Of a DNA stretch of 64,000 nucleotides, positions 1 to 8,998 are shown piece by piece. Both the position numbers and the translations under genes were made by a program. The DNA lies in IMG/VR virus record IMGVR_UViG_3300022205_000001, positions 64,001 through 128,000 of that record. One strand, 5' to 3'. How positions within the stretch are numbered: position 1 is the stretch's first letter; each line of letters opens with the position of its first letter. The stretch is from a virus (Duplodnaviria > Heunggongvirae > Uroviricota > Caudoviricetes). Under the pieces are notes generated by a model. It saw only the letters and a program-made list of their open reading frames with translations, was not told the origin of the DNA and did no database searches.

Positions 1-254
1 ATTTTTGTGCGAAAAGTATCAATTCCTGATTCATCCGACCCGTTGATCACCAGGTAGTCACATCCGATTTCATTGCACATAGCTTTGGCAATGGTCGTTT
101 TACCGACACCGGCACCACCAGTCAACAAGAGATTTGGAATAGTTTTCAAACGAACGTACTCAGCGAATGGATGCTTGAGACGTTCAGGGAGGATACAGTC
201 CTCAACTGTTTTCGGTCGATACTTTTCTGTCCACAAAATATGCTGCGTACTCAT
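1..254 (-). CDS. gp44: clamp loader large subunit, N-terminal part (runs off the window; missing from the ORF track)
   Basis: Manual translation: MSTQHILWTEKYRPKTVEDCILP...LLLTGGAGVGKTT...INGSDESGID, i.e. the RFC-type WxEKYRP box plus Walker A; directly downstream of gp45. Confidence 0.95.
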   Translation of the reverse strand, partial: MSTQHILWTEKYRPKTVEDCILPERLKHPFAEYVRLKTIPNLLLTGGAGVGKTTIAKAMCNEIGCDYLVINGSDESGIDTFRTK

Positions 255-278
255 AACACCTCACCCATGTCAAAAAGG

Positions 279-959
279 TTACGCTTTCTTAGCTTCCAGC
301 GCCACCCAATATTGAAGCTTTCTTTCTGCATGTTCAAAGAGAGAAATTCCCTTCGCGGAAATTGTCACTTTGTATGGACCCGGCAACATCTTCCAGTTTT
401 CGGTCTTGTAGACAAAGGATACTGGATCACCGGAATAGTTATCGATTTCGAGGTTGTTGGTGTGAGCGGAATCGTCAGCACTATCGGATGCTCCGATGAA
501 CAACTTTCCATCTTTTCCAGTGACCGCGATATTTGGGCTTGCCAAAACGGAAGCCGCTTTAAGCACCCAATTGAAATCATCTTCGGAGAGAAGGAAGGAC
601 ACAAGAGAGTTATCGTTCTTTGGAAGAGAGAGTTCTTTCCCTTCCGGTGGGGTCTTGATCATTTCTTCGTTGCAGCATCGATAGGTAATTTTGCTGCGGT
701 TGTTGTATCCCTGAATGATCAGATTGTTGCCATCCAAGTAGAGTTCCGGTGGAGTCTTATGGATAGAGAGAATGGAAAGAAGTTGGTTCAATTCGTAAAT
801 CCCAAACGTAGCGGGGATTTCTTCATCAATCGTTGCCTCGGCAACAACTTGCTTTCCTGGGTTGATTGTGCGAAGAATATTTCCCTTCCTGAACATAATA
901 CCTGTGTTCAATGAAGAGAAGTTCTTGAGAATTTCGAGTGTGTGTTCCGAAAGCTGCAT
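279..959 (-). CDS. gp45: sliding clamp (DNA polymerase processivity factor)
   Basis: MQLSEHTLEILKNFSSLNTGI...FGIYELNQLLS...LQYWVALE matches the T4-type clamp pattern; adjacent to gp44. Confidence 0.93.
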   Translation of the reverse strand: MQLSEHTLEILKNFSSLNTGIMFRKGNILRTINPGKQVVAEATIDEEIPATFGIYELNQLLSILSIHKTPPELYLDGNNLIIQGYNNRSKITYRCCNEEMIKTPPEGKELSLPKNDNSLVSFLLSEDDFNWVLKAASVLASPNIAVTGKDGKLFIGASDSADDSAHTNNLEIDNYSGDPVSFVYKTENWKMLPGPYKVTISAKGISLFEHAERKLQYWVALEAKKA

Positions 960-989
960 GAGTCACCTCACAAGTTAATAATAATGAAT

Positions 990-1018
990 AGTATACACTA
1001 CTTCGCTGCAATTGTCAA
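990..1018 (-). promoter_or_regulatory. sigma70-type promoter upstream of gp45
   Basis: TTGACA (1018-1013), 17-bp spacer, TATACT (995-990); overlaps the 3' end of the kinase gene. Confidence 0.8.
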
Positions 1019-1624
1019 GTCATGCATCATGGTATGTACCATTGTCTTCAAATCGGTAAGTGTACCTCCATTGGTAATGATATAGTCCATCTCTTGACCA
1101 ATCCAGTCCCATTCAGACAAGTGAATGCCTGATTCTTTCATAGCTAATTCGGCACAGGGGTCACCTTGATTTGCATCTAATGCACATTGATACCAATCTG
1201 GTTCCGGTCCTCGTTTCACCCGAACAATGATACCTCCGTTCTTACGAACAAGTTCAACTTCATTCTTGAAGCGAACATCGGTAATCACAACATCTTTTCC
1301 TTGGGCCCGTTTGAGTAAGGAGACAACCCAAATATCTTTATGGAACACGTCTCTTCCCGCTTCTGTTCCCATCAATTGAAGCGCAAGACGAGGTGTAAAG
1401 GGATACCCAAATTTCTCTGACCAGAAAGGATCAGGGATTTCCCTCCATTCGCGGGATTCTTTTGTTGCCCCTTCTAACATCTGCCGGTCCCACCCAAAGA
1501 TTGCCGCGACAGCATCTTTGAGTGGGTTAGCAAATGCATCTCGCACGAATCTATAATTATCACGAAGTATGTCACCGACGGTACCTTTCCCACTGCCGAT
1601 GAACCCACATATTCCGATTAACAT
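998..1624 (-). CDS. gp1: deoxynucleoside monophosphate kinase
   Basis: MLIGICGFIGSGKGTV P-loop, FANPLKD, PRLALQLMGTEAGRD, VVITDVRFKNE, H-x-SE; start moved to 1624, where ATG overlaps the upstream stop (TAATG). Confidence 0.9.
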   Translation of the reverse strand: MLIGICGFIGSGKGTVGDILRDNYRFVRDAFANPLKDAVAAIFGWDRQMLEGATKESREWREIPDPFWSEKFGYPFTPRLALQLMGTEAGRDVFHKDIWVVSLLKRAQGKDVVITDVRFKNEVELVRKNGGIIVRVKRGPEPDWYQCALDANQGDPCAELAMKESGIHLSEWDWIGQEMDYIITNGGTLTDLKTMVHTMMHDLTIAAK

Positions 1625-2418
1625 TAGAGCCTCCCTGTCAACTCTGCAATCTTCGGCATGTTTCCTGTGAAAGCGTAGGTGCCAACATGTTGGGTTTGAA
1701 TCCACGGACACAACCACACTTTTCCACCAATCGCCCTCCACCACTGACAGAACATGTAGTCTTCTGAGAGGTATCGTTCACTCTGAGGATCGATCACGGT
1801 GTCGAAGTAGGCATGGATGTACCGAGTACCATCAAAGTTTTTCTGTCCAACATGATCAGGCTTGTATTTCTTCTGTGGATACGCGGCCGCCCACTTCTCA
1901 AACACTTCACGTTTGATCATCATGTATCCGGTACCGATTTCCATAACTTCCAATGGCTCAGAGACTTGGAAAGTTTGGGTGCCCTTCACGACATTGAACA
2001 CATAATCCCCGACCAAGTTTTCAAGTTCTTTAGGATCAAGATTCGGATGGTTGCGAGCCGCTGTTGCGATATTATGCCAATTGATAGCTTTCTTAGGATA
2101 AGGGGCCCCAATAACATCCTTATCCAAAGCAAGCATGGCAATGATGTCTTGTGGATTGTAGTGAATGTCGGAGTCTAGAAACAGGAGATGGGTGAAATCT
2201 GATCGAAGGAATTCATCAACGAGGTAGTTACGGGCTCTAGTAATGAGTGATTCGTTGAAGATAAAAGAGAAACGGGATTGAATACCATAGTGTTGAAAAG
2301 CCGTCTGAAGATCAAGACTGCTTTTCATATACATACCATGGCACTGCCCTCCATACATCGGAGTGGCAATGAACACTTTGTATTGTCGTAGCACATTCAA
2401 GTCAATTTGTATTTCCAT
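1624..2418 (-). CDS. GT-A fold glycosyltransferase-like protein
   Basis: VFIATPMYGG start, ESLITRARN, HLLFLDSDI (DxD), GTGYMMIKR, YLSEDYMFC and a late His (TQHVG): the GT-A/GT2-like motif order. Confidence 0.75.
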   Translation of the reverse strand: MEIQIDLNVLRQYKVFIATPMYGGQCHGMYMKSSLDLQTAFQHYGIQSRFSFIFNESLITRARNYLVDEFLRSDFTHLLFLDSDIHYNPQDIIAMLALDKDVIGAPYPKKAINWHNIATAARNHPNLDPKELENLVGDYVFNVVKGTQTFQVSEPLEVMEIGTGYMMIKREVFEKWAAAYPQKKYKPDHVGQKNFDGTRYIHAYFDTVIDPQSERYLSEDYMFCQWWRAIGGKVWLCPWIQTQHVGTYAFTGNMPKIAELTGRL

Positions 2419-2449
2419 AGAAACCCTCCATAAAATGTATTACCTACTC

Positions 2450-2944
2450 TTATGTATCTGATTTGATAGTTCGCATTCTTACGCGAGCCTCACATAACAT
2501 CGATCTACTTATCTCTGCCATAGCTTGCCAACGAGGGGATGTTGGGGCTTGCCAACATACAACTTCTTTGATCCCTGCTTGGATCACAGCTTTGCAACAT
2601 TCTGGGCATACAGCAGGAATCATGAGAGTGGGCCATACGTAGATGGTGCACCCCTGAAGAGGTTTATCAGCATTGAGGATAGCGTTTAGTTCTGCATGAA
2701 CGATAAATTTATATTTGGTTTCCCTGTCCTCATATCGTTCAGGAAGATCATCTACTCCTCTAGCAAACCCGTTATATCCCATACCGCGGACAATTCTGTG
2801 TTTGTCAACAATGACTGCACCGACTTTGGTGGAAGGGTCTTTCGATCCTGAGGCAACATACTCAGCGAGTCCCAAGAACCAGGAGTCCCAAAATCCTATT
2901 GGCCGATTGAAATTTTTTTGATCTGAATGGAATGCTTGAGACAT
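2450..2944 (-). CDS. dCMP deaminase (deoxycytidylate deaminase family)
   Basis: SKDPSTKVGAVIV, GYNG, HAELNAILNA and P-x2-C-x2-C zinc motifs; start moved to 2944, which has a GAGG RBS. Confidence 0.92.
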   Translation of the reverse strand: MSQAFHSDQKNFNRPIGFWDSWFLGLAEYVASGSKDPSTKVGAVIVDKHRIVRGMGYNGFARGVDDLPERYEDRETKYKFIVHAELNAILNADKPLQGCTIYVWPTLMIPAVCPECCKAVIQAGIKEVVCWQAPTSPRWQAMAEISRSMLCEARVRMRTIKSDT

Positions 2945-2960
2945 GTGTACCTCACAAACG

Positions 2961-2995
2961 AGAAAACGGAGGCCTCCCATTGCAAGAGGCCTCCG
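2961..2995 (-). terminator. intrinsic terminator
   Basis: 10-bp stem CGGAGGCCTC/GAGGCCTCCG (2967-2995) followed by TTTTCT on the minus strand. Confidence 0.75.
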
Positions 2996-3033
2996 CCGTA
3001 AGACTGAAACGAACTAGGATGTTCGTGTCTTAA

Positions 3034-3303
3034 TTATGCCTGCACTTCGATGCCACGGGCATCACAACGTTCAATAAAAGACATTGAAGGAGTACCGAGA
3101 CGGTACACATTCACGGTGCTTCCGTCACTGCGCCGCTTGGTGTTCAAGTAAATAGCATATCCTTCATTGCGAAGGGCAGTCACGATGGGAGCGACATTTT
3201 TGACACCGAAATAGTTCTTTGCCTGAGCGGCACTGAACGTATTGCGACCACTGGTCTTTTGAAGGAATGAGAGAACCCGAGACTTAGCTGACGTTTTAGC
3301 CAT
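3034..3303 (-). CDS. small winged-helix-like putative DNA-binding protein
   Basis: Basic protein; NTFSAAQAKNYFGVKNVAPIVTALRNEGYAIY resembles an HTH plus wing; GAGG RBS before MAKTS. Confidence 0.55.
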   Translation of the reverse strand: MAKTSAKSRVLSFLQKTSGRNTFSAAQAKNYFGVKNVAPIVTALRNEGYAIYLNTKRRSDGSTVNVYRLGTPSMSFIERCDARGIEVQA

Positions 3304-3444
3304 AACACACCTCATAATACATCGGTCCAGGAAAAGGAGCGGACCTAACCTCCAACATTAGAAGCACTACACAATCAAAATGAATTGACCGTTACATAAA
3401 GCACCTCCTGACACTTTTCCCTGTTTTACAACAGAAGCAACTAT

Positions 3445-3473
3445 ACTATAACACACTTAGCAATCAATGTCAA
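3445..3473 (-). promoter_or_regulatory. sigma70-type promoter with extended -10
   Basis: TTGACA (3473-3468), 17 bp, TGt-TATAGT (3450-3445). Confidence 0.8.
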
Positions 3474-4627
3474 GAACTTTTTTGTGACTCCATCCTATTA
3501 TCCAATACCACACTGCTATCAAGCTTGCTATACAAATCCAAGAATGACTTTTTGGTATCATTGTCGAATCGATTGAGACAATAGGTGATTGCCTTGATTT
3601 TACTCTCAAAAATCGGGAAGGCAGTAATGATCTGTACCAATCTACGAGTAGATACCACTTCGTCACCCACTCCATCCTCAAATGCTTTTCGGATGGTATT
3701 TGCCCAGGTGACAAGATTAGAGACGAAATCATCGTCAATCTTTCCGGCAGACTCCAATTCTTTCTTGAGAATCCTCTTCTCAATATTAGCAGGAGGCCAT
3801 TCTTGTTCAAACATGATCGGAAACCGTTCAAGGAATGCTTCGTTGAGAATGTTGGTATACATGTACCGACCACTCTCCGAACCTTTCCCCTTTGTGTTTG
3901 CCGTCACAATGACATTGAACCCATGTGCCGGATGTACCACTTCACCTTTCTTCTTAAGAAGAAAAGGTTTTCCTTCCAAAACTCGTTGAAGTGTTGCAAG
4001 GTTCTGGGCACCGAAGTCGATTTCATCAATGCAGAGAATCGCGCCACGCCGAGCCGCAATGGTGACTGGTCCATCACGCCAGACCATATCATTGTTAATT
4101 AGGACATACCCGCCCAACAGATCGGTCTCGTCGGTTTCGGGGGTCATACTGTAGTGGATGTATTCTCTCCTGAGTTGAGCACACGCTTGTTCAGGAGCCA
4201 TGGATTTTCCGTTACCAGACAATCCGGTGATGAACACTGGACAGAACATCTTTGATTCAATGATGGTCTTCAAATCCTCAAAGTTTCCGAAGGGAACATA
4301 ATTCTTGTAATGTTCAGGAATAATGGACTGTTCCTCAAGTGTCGTCACCAATGAACGAATGACTGATCGAGGAGTCAATTCTGCTGTAGTGTTTACAGGA
4401 GCCGTAGCCTTAGGGGCGACTTGTTTATGAGTCTCGGTAGTGATGGTGGCGCCTGGTACTTTGAACACACCACGGCTCATGCGGTTCGTTTCGTCCTTTG
4501 TGAACCATTGGGGAATTTTGATACCATGCTTATTGCAAAGGTTTCTCAATTCCGGTTTTGTAATGGTAGCCTTTCCTGTTTTCTGCAACAGTTTCAGGAA
4601 ATGTTCTCTGGCTGCCTTGTAATCCAT
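3470..4627 (-). CDS. MoxR/CbbQ-family AAA+ ATPase (often labelled CobS-like)
   Basis: GLSGNGKS Walker A, LCIDEID Walker B, ETDETDLLGG, TANTKGKG, NEAFLERF; start moved to MDYKA, which has an AAGGAGG RBS downstream of the promoter. Confidence 0.9.
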   Translation of the reverse strand: MDYKAAREHFLKLLQKTGKATITKPELRNLCNKHGIKIPQWFTKDETNRMSRGVFKVPGATITTETHKQVAPKATAPVNTTAELTPRSVIRSLVTTLEEQSIIPEHYKNYVPFGNFEDLKTIIESKMFCPVFITGLSGNGKSMAPEQACAQLRREYIHYSMTPETDETDLLGGYVLINNDMVWRDGPVTIAARRGAILCIDEIDFGAQNLATLQRVLEGKPFLLKKKGEVVHPAHGFNVIVTANTKGKGSESGRYMYTNILNEAFLERFPIMFEQEWPPANIEKRILKKELESAGKIDDDFVSNLVTWANTIRKAFEDGVGDEVVSTRRLVQIITAFPIFESKIKAITYCLNRFDNDTKKSFLDLYSKLDSSVVLDNRMESQKSS

Positions 4628-4655
4628 GTCAGATGCCTCCTTATTGTTATTCATA

Positions 4656-4684
4656 AGTATAACAGTATCCGGTATATTTGTCAA
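4656..4684 (-). promoter_or_regulatory. sigma70-type promoter with extended -10
   Basis: TTGACA (4684-4679), 17 bp, TGt-TATACT (4661-4656). Confidence 0.8.
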
Positions 4685-4705
4685 GTGTTAGTTTCCTCAA
4701 TATAA

Positions 4706-7111
4706 TCAATGAGTTTCGAGTTGTGAAATCATCTGAATGAAACGGCTTACGAGAATGCGACTCGTTGACTTCGTTTTCGATGCCTTTTTGTATGCATTCA
4801 ACAACCGACCTGGCGTCCATGCCCTTTCCTCTTCCATCGTAAATGCTTGCGCCTGAAGTTCCTTTTCTCCTGGAATGAAATAGAACCTATTGTACCCAGG
4901 GGTATACGATTCAATGAACTTGTTGCTTTTCAATTCTTCCTGTAAGGTCTTTTCTAATAAAATGGCGTCTTGGTTGTATCTAGAAAAAACTACACGTTTC
5001 CCATTCTTATCATGGTAGTATTTTTCAAGGGCACCCCCTAAAGAGTGGTGTCCTCGACCTCCAACAATAAAGAATCCAAACACACCACTTTTAGCCGTCA
5101 TCTGGAACCAACGCATAAGGGCTTCACGTAGATTATGGGAAACGTCACGATCATCAACTAGAATTGAGATTTTTTCTTTAGGATCAGTGATATACAATTT
5201 CCAGAATTTCAGACAGTCCCGGTGTCCTTTATCGTTATACATATATTCTATTCTGTTGGCATCCCCATCATGGACAAAGATGGTATTCACAATATCTAAC
5301 CGATGCTTCTCTCTGAATTGCTGCACGATCTCACGGGCCGCAATGATCGTTTCACATAACGGGGTGGAACCTGTGTGTGAAAGAGTCGGGAACTCCGTTG
5401 ATAAATGTTCTCGCGTTTCCATCATTTGAATCAGTAACAGATGGAGTGCGGCGGCTGATTTGAATTCCAAGGCAGACATTGAAGAGTTGAACATTTCTTG
5501 GAACCATATATCCTCAAGGACCAGGTCCTTTGCCTTTTTACTAAACTGTTTTTGTGTGTTGGTTTTTATAGGCAGATCCGTAAAGCTATACGCCGCAAAA
5601 GGGATGTTGACTTTCTTACAGAACATCGCAAGAATGAGAATTTGCTCCATTGCTCCCTTGAGGTGGGGATTCATTGATCCAGATCGATCTAGGATCAACA
5701 CCAACCCGTGGGACTTCCCTTTAGTGGACTTGACAACCTGACGAAAAATATTATCATCCAATCGATATCGAGCAATCTTCTTGATATCGATATCCCCGGT
5801 GTCGGATACTTTAGTGCGCCCGTATGTCTTTGCGGCCTTCCGCATTTCAAATTCTTTCACAAGCAGCATGATATAATCGTCATTCTTCTTATTGAAGTCC
5901 ACATATAACTTCAGGGCACGTTGCTTTTGATTGAGGTTCTTCAATAACGCTTGTGAAAGAATGGCGTTGGTTGTCTTTGCAGGAATAATAATTTCCTTAA
6001 GATTCGGGGTAGGGATCGTTGCATAAAACACATCCTTTTGCCCTGAAGAATCCACTAATCCTTCTTCCCTTGCGCGGAATTCTTCGTCAGTGAAAGAACG
6101 AGGGATAAACTCCTCATTCTCATGTGACCGAGGATCACTACCACACTGGTCACTATCCTCACCAGTTTCATCTTCCTCTTCTACATCATCATTGGAATCT
6201 TCTTCGCTTTCTTTTTGTTCCTTTGTAGAGTGAGAATCCTCTTCCCCCTCACCTTCTTCGTCGCCATCTTCCTCTTCGCCCTCTTCATCACTATCATTCT
6301 CCGTATCAGAAGTGGACGGTTCCCCGGCGTCTTCATCGTCGGATGAATCGGAACTATCGTCAGTATCTTCTGTTTTCTCGTTTTCTTCTGCTTTGGAGGT
6401 TTCCCCTTCCCCCTCAGTTGTTTCTTCCTCTCCTACATCATCAAACTCTTCGCCGCTTTCTTCTTGCTCCTCTTGTTGCTCTTGTTCCTCGTCTTCGGAC
6501 TGCATTGTTTCTAGCATGTCCTGCTTTTTCTGCGTCTGTTGTTCTGTTTTGGAGTATTCAAACAGCCGGGTAGCAAGATCAACTACTTGTTCCCATGTTT
6601 CAGTCTGCATCAGTTCATCATAGAACGGCTGTTCCTGTGGCGTAAATGTGATATCAAACGTCCCGGTGCCACATTTTGCAACAAGATTCAACTTATCGAT
6701 CAAATACATGTTTTTGATACGATTTTCCGTTATATGACCGAAAAACCGTCGTTTGACCAAATCTTGATAGCCCATGACCATGGGCTTACGAAGACCTGGG
6801 TATTTGCTCTTGATTAGACGTTCAATACGGGCATCTTCGACAACATTCAAAAATCCCTTGAATCGTTTCTTTTTCAGATCATGTGCATCAATCGCATCAT
6901 GCCATCCCTCAGGTGGGGTGTGTAGGGCATGACTGATTTCATGACCGAGAAGAAGGTCATAGAGATTTCCATCCATGTCCTTCCATGTAGGACAGGTGAG
7001 GATACGAGTTTGAAGATTGAAGTAAGCCGTGCGAGCATACCGATGTTCGACCGTGATATTTTCGGTCGCCATGAGTTTTGCGAGCATTGATTTTGTTTCG
7101 AGTGTAAACAT
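4706..7111 (-). CDS. metallopeptidase-like domain + acidic linker + vWA domain protein (MoxR partner, CobT-like)
   Basis: HEISH (HExxH) followed by NVVEDARIE; long D/E tract at about 6100-6500; MIDAS motifs DRSGSM, TP and HDG. Confidence 0.85.
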   Translation of the reverse strand: MFTLETKSMLAKLMATENITVEHRYARTAYFNLQTRILTCPTWKDMDGNLYDLLLGHEISHALHTPPEGWHDAIDAHDLKKKRFKGFLNVVEDARIERLIKSKYPGLRKPMVMGYQDLVKRRFFGHITENRIKNMYLIDKLNLVAKCGTGTFDITFTPQEQPFYDELMQTETWEQVVDLATRLFEYSKTEQQTQKKQDMLETMQSEDEEQEQQEEQEESGEEFDDVGEEETTEGEGETSKAEENEKTEDTDDSSDSSDDEDAGEPSTSDTENDSDEEGEEEDGDEEGEGEEDSHSTKEQKESEEDSNDDVEEEDETGEDSDQCGSDPRSHENEEFIPRSFTDEEFRAREEGLVDSSGQKDVFYATIPTPNLKEIIIPAKTTNAILSQALLKNLNQKQRALKLYVDFNKKNDDYIMLLVKEFEMRKAAKTYGRTKVSDTGDIDIKKIARYRLDDNIFRQVVKSTKGKSHGLVLILDRSGSMNPHLKGAMEQILILAMFCKKVNIPFAAYSFTDLPIKTNTQKQFSKKAKDLVLEDIWFQEMFNSSMSALEFKSAAALHLLLIQMMETREHLSTEFPTLSHTGSTPLCETIIAAREIVQQFREKHRLDIVNTIFVHDGDANRIEYMYNDKGHRDCLKFWKLYITDPKEKISILVDDRDVSHNLREALMRWFQMTAKSGVFGFFIVGGRGHHSLGGALEKYYHDKNGKRVVFSRYNQDAILLEKTLQEELKSNKFIESYTPGYNRFYFIPGEKELQAQAFTMEEERAWTPGRLLNAYKKASKTKSTSRILVSRFIQMISQLETH

Positions 7112-7311
7112 TATACCCCCTTTAGGACGAATTCAGCAAATGATGTTTTGCAAGCTTGTTGTGTGTTGGGGTTAGTGTAGAGAATATCGAAGTATTGAAT
7201 TCCGTACTTCTTTCCAGCATCACCAATGACGATGCCCGTTTGGTGATACATCATGGAAGGGACGGTATGAGTGACACGAGAACCTATGGGGAATTTCGCT
7301 GTTTTCTTCAT
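7111..7311 (-). CDS. hypothetical protein (66 aa)
   Basis: First ORF after the 7318-7346 promoter; its stop overlaps the start of the vWA gene. Confidence 0.6.
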   Translation of the reverse strand: MKKTAKFPIGSRVTHTVPSMMYHQTGIVIGDAGKKYGIQYFDILYTNPNTQQACKTSFAEFVLKGV

Positions 7312-7317
7312 AGTATA

Positions 7318-7346
7318 AGCATAACATAACGAGGTTCCCGTGTCAA
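7318..7346 (-). promoter_or_regulatory. sigma70-type promoter with extended -10
   Basis: TTGACA (7346-7341), 17 bp, TGt-TATGCT (7323-7318). Confidence 0.72.
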
Positions 7347-7364
7347 GTGGGGATAAGTGATTGA

Positions 7365-8948
7365 TTATTTGGGTTTTTGGAAGATATAGATCGGCTCAAA
7401 CTTGCGCCATGATCTCTCAACGCGGCAGGAATTCTTGAATTTTGGTTTTCCGGTCGTTTCATCGACCCGATTGCCGCCCGGAGTCTGGGCGAGCGTCATT
7501 TTGAGCGTTTCCACATGTTTCATACCGAGTTGTTCTAAGATATCACAAGAATCCTTTTCAAGAGGAAGATTCTCCCCTGAGAAAACAGCATCGGCAATGT
7601 TCCATGCAAGATATCCCCCCGGTCTAAGCCACAAAACCGCCGTTTGGAGGGTCTTTTTTAAAAATCCGTCTCTCCATGCATCATATTGAGAAAACCGCCT
7701 ATATGACTGGTTAGGATCATTAGAGTATGCTTCCTTAGCGAAATATGGTGGACTAGTGAAGACGAGACTCAGCTTACCCTGGTATTTTTGAAATTCTGGA
7801 TCAAACTGCATCTCTTCTGATCCTTTTTGCCAGAATTGGAAACCGATATGATCAATTGGGCATACAAGTGAGCCTGGTTTGACATGTTCGCGGAAGAAGT
7901 CTACGATTTCATGGTATTTCGTTCTTCCTGGGGTTGTATTGTGGTCTGTGTTTGGATCATTTCCCAGGTACACGAGGTGCCTGGTATCCATGGTCGATAA
8001 CGCACCCAATAATCTCCCACCCCAACCAGAAGATGGGTCCCACACATAAATGTTCTCTTCGTTCTTCCATTCCTTTGTGTATGTCTCGTAGATGTATTTG
8101 GCAACGAGTGGAGGGAAGTTCACGGCATATTGACAGAACGATACTCGAAACGCTTTCAATCCAACCGGGAAGAGTTTTTGTCCCTTTGTGAAGACACGAA
8201 TTTCATAGACCTCTGATCGGTCCCAATCTACATTGGTCTTACACTGTTCAGGGATAAGAGGGCCGAGTGTTTCGATCTGAGAGCGAGTGATTCTCAAATT
8301 TGATTTCGTGCGGAGTTCTTCATTGTAACCAGAATAACCAGTATCTTCGGACACCGGGCAGAGCCAATACTCCACTTTCTTGCGGGTTCGATACTTCTCC
8401 GATTCAAATTTCACAATCCAATCGTTTCCGGTAGCAGCATAGGGGATGTGATCAACGGAGTTATCGGATGCTCGTACCGGGGTCGAATAGCTGTAGAAAC
8501 TATCACGCTTGAAATGTCGTGAGGCATAGGTGATGAATGTGTCGAGTAATTCATCTTGTGCAAAGTAATCATAGATGGATTTCCCCGCATTCACATCCTT
8601 AGTATAGTTGATCCGCGTCTTCATCATGGTGGGGAAGAATTGATTGACGGCATTCCCCACTACAAAGGTGTTGTGAAGCACATCATAGACCCCGGTATCC
8701 ATGTCTCGCGCAAGAATTTTTCCAGGAATGACTCTCTGGAGGTCATTGAACTGCTCGGCAATTTCACTCTTTGAAAATCCGACACGAGGGGGCTGACCGT
8801 GTTCATCCCATAGGCGAGTGACTTCTTTGCGAAGATCGATCACCCACTGACGAAATTCCTCTTTTGACATCCAAAGGACTTCTTCAAATGTCTTGTTGAC
8901 CGGAGAGCCTAGAAATTCAGTGTTCTTCTCATAGAACCATTGTGTCAT
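7365..8948 (-). CDS. SAM-dependent amino-(N4-C/N6-A) DNA methyltransferase-fold protein with long N-terminal region
   Basis: Motif I-like WDPSSGWGGRLLG, motif IV FTSPPY, motif VI-like LRPGGYLAWNI, C-terminal FEPIYIFQK. Confidence 0.8.
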   Translation of the reverse strand: MTQWFYEKNTEFLGSPVNKTFEEVLWMSKEEFRQWVIDLRKEVTRLWDEHGQPPRVGFSKSEIAEQFNDLQRVIPGKILARDMDTGVYDVLHNTFVVGNAVNQFFPTMMKTRINYTKDVNAGKSIYDYFAQDELLDTFITYASRHFKRDSFYSYSTPVRASDNSVDHIPYAATGNDWIVKFESEKYRTRKKVEYWLCPVSEDTGYSGYNEELRTKSNLRITRSQIETLGPLIPEQCKTNVDWDRSEVYEIRVFTKGQKLFPVGLKAFRVSFCQYAVNFPPLVAKYIYETYTKEWKNEENIYVWDPSSGWGGRLLGALSTMDTRHLVYLGNDPNTDHNTTPGRTKYHEIVDFFREHVKPGSLVCPIDHIGFQFWQKGSEEMQFDPEFQKYQGKLSLVFTSPPYFAKEAYSNDPNQSYRRFSQYDAWRDGFLKKTLQTAVLWLRPGGYLAWNIADAVFSGENLPLEKDSCDILEQLGMKHVETLKMTLAQTPGGNRVDETTGKPKFKNSCRVERSWRKFEPIYIFQKPK

Positions 8949-8998
8949 GATTTTACCTCATAATCAAAATGATATTATCTCATATTTTAGGGATAAAG

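Noticed and set aside
3470-7111. Cobalamin biosynthesis (cobS/cobT) as an auxiliary pathway
   Set aside because: Only generic MoxR and vWA motifs are present, and there are no other cob genes.
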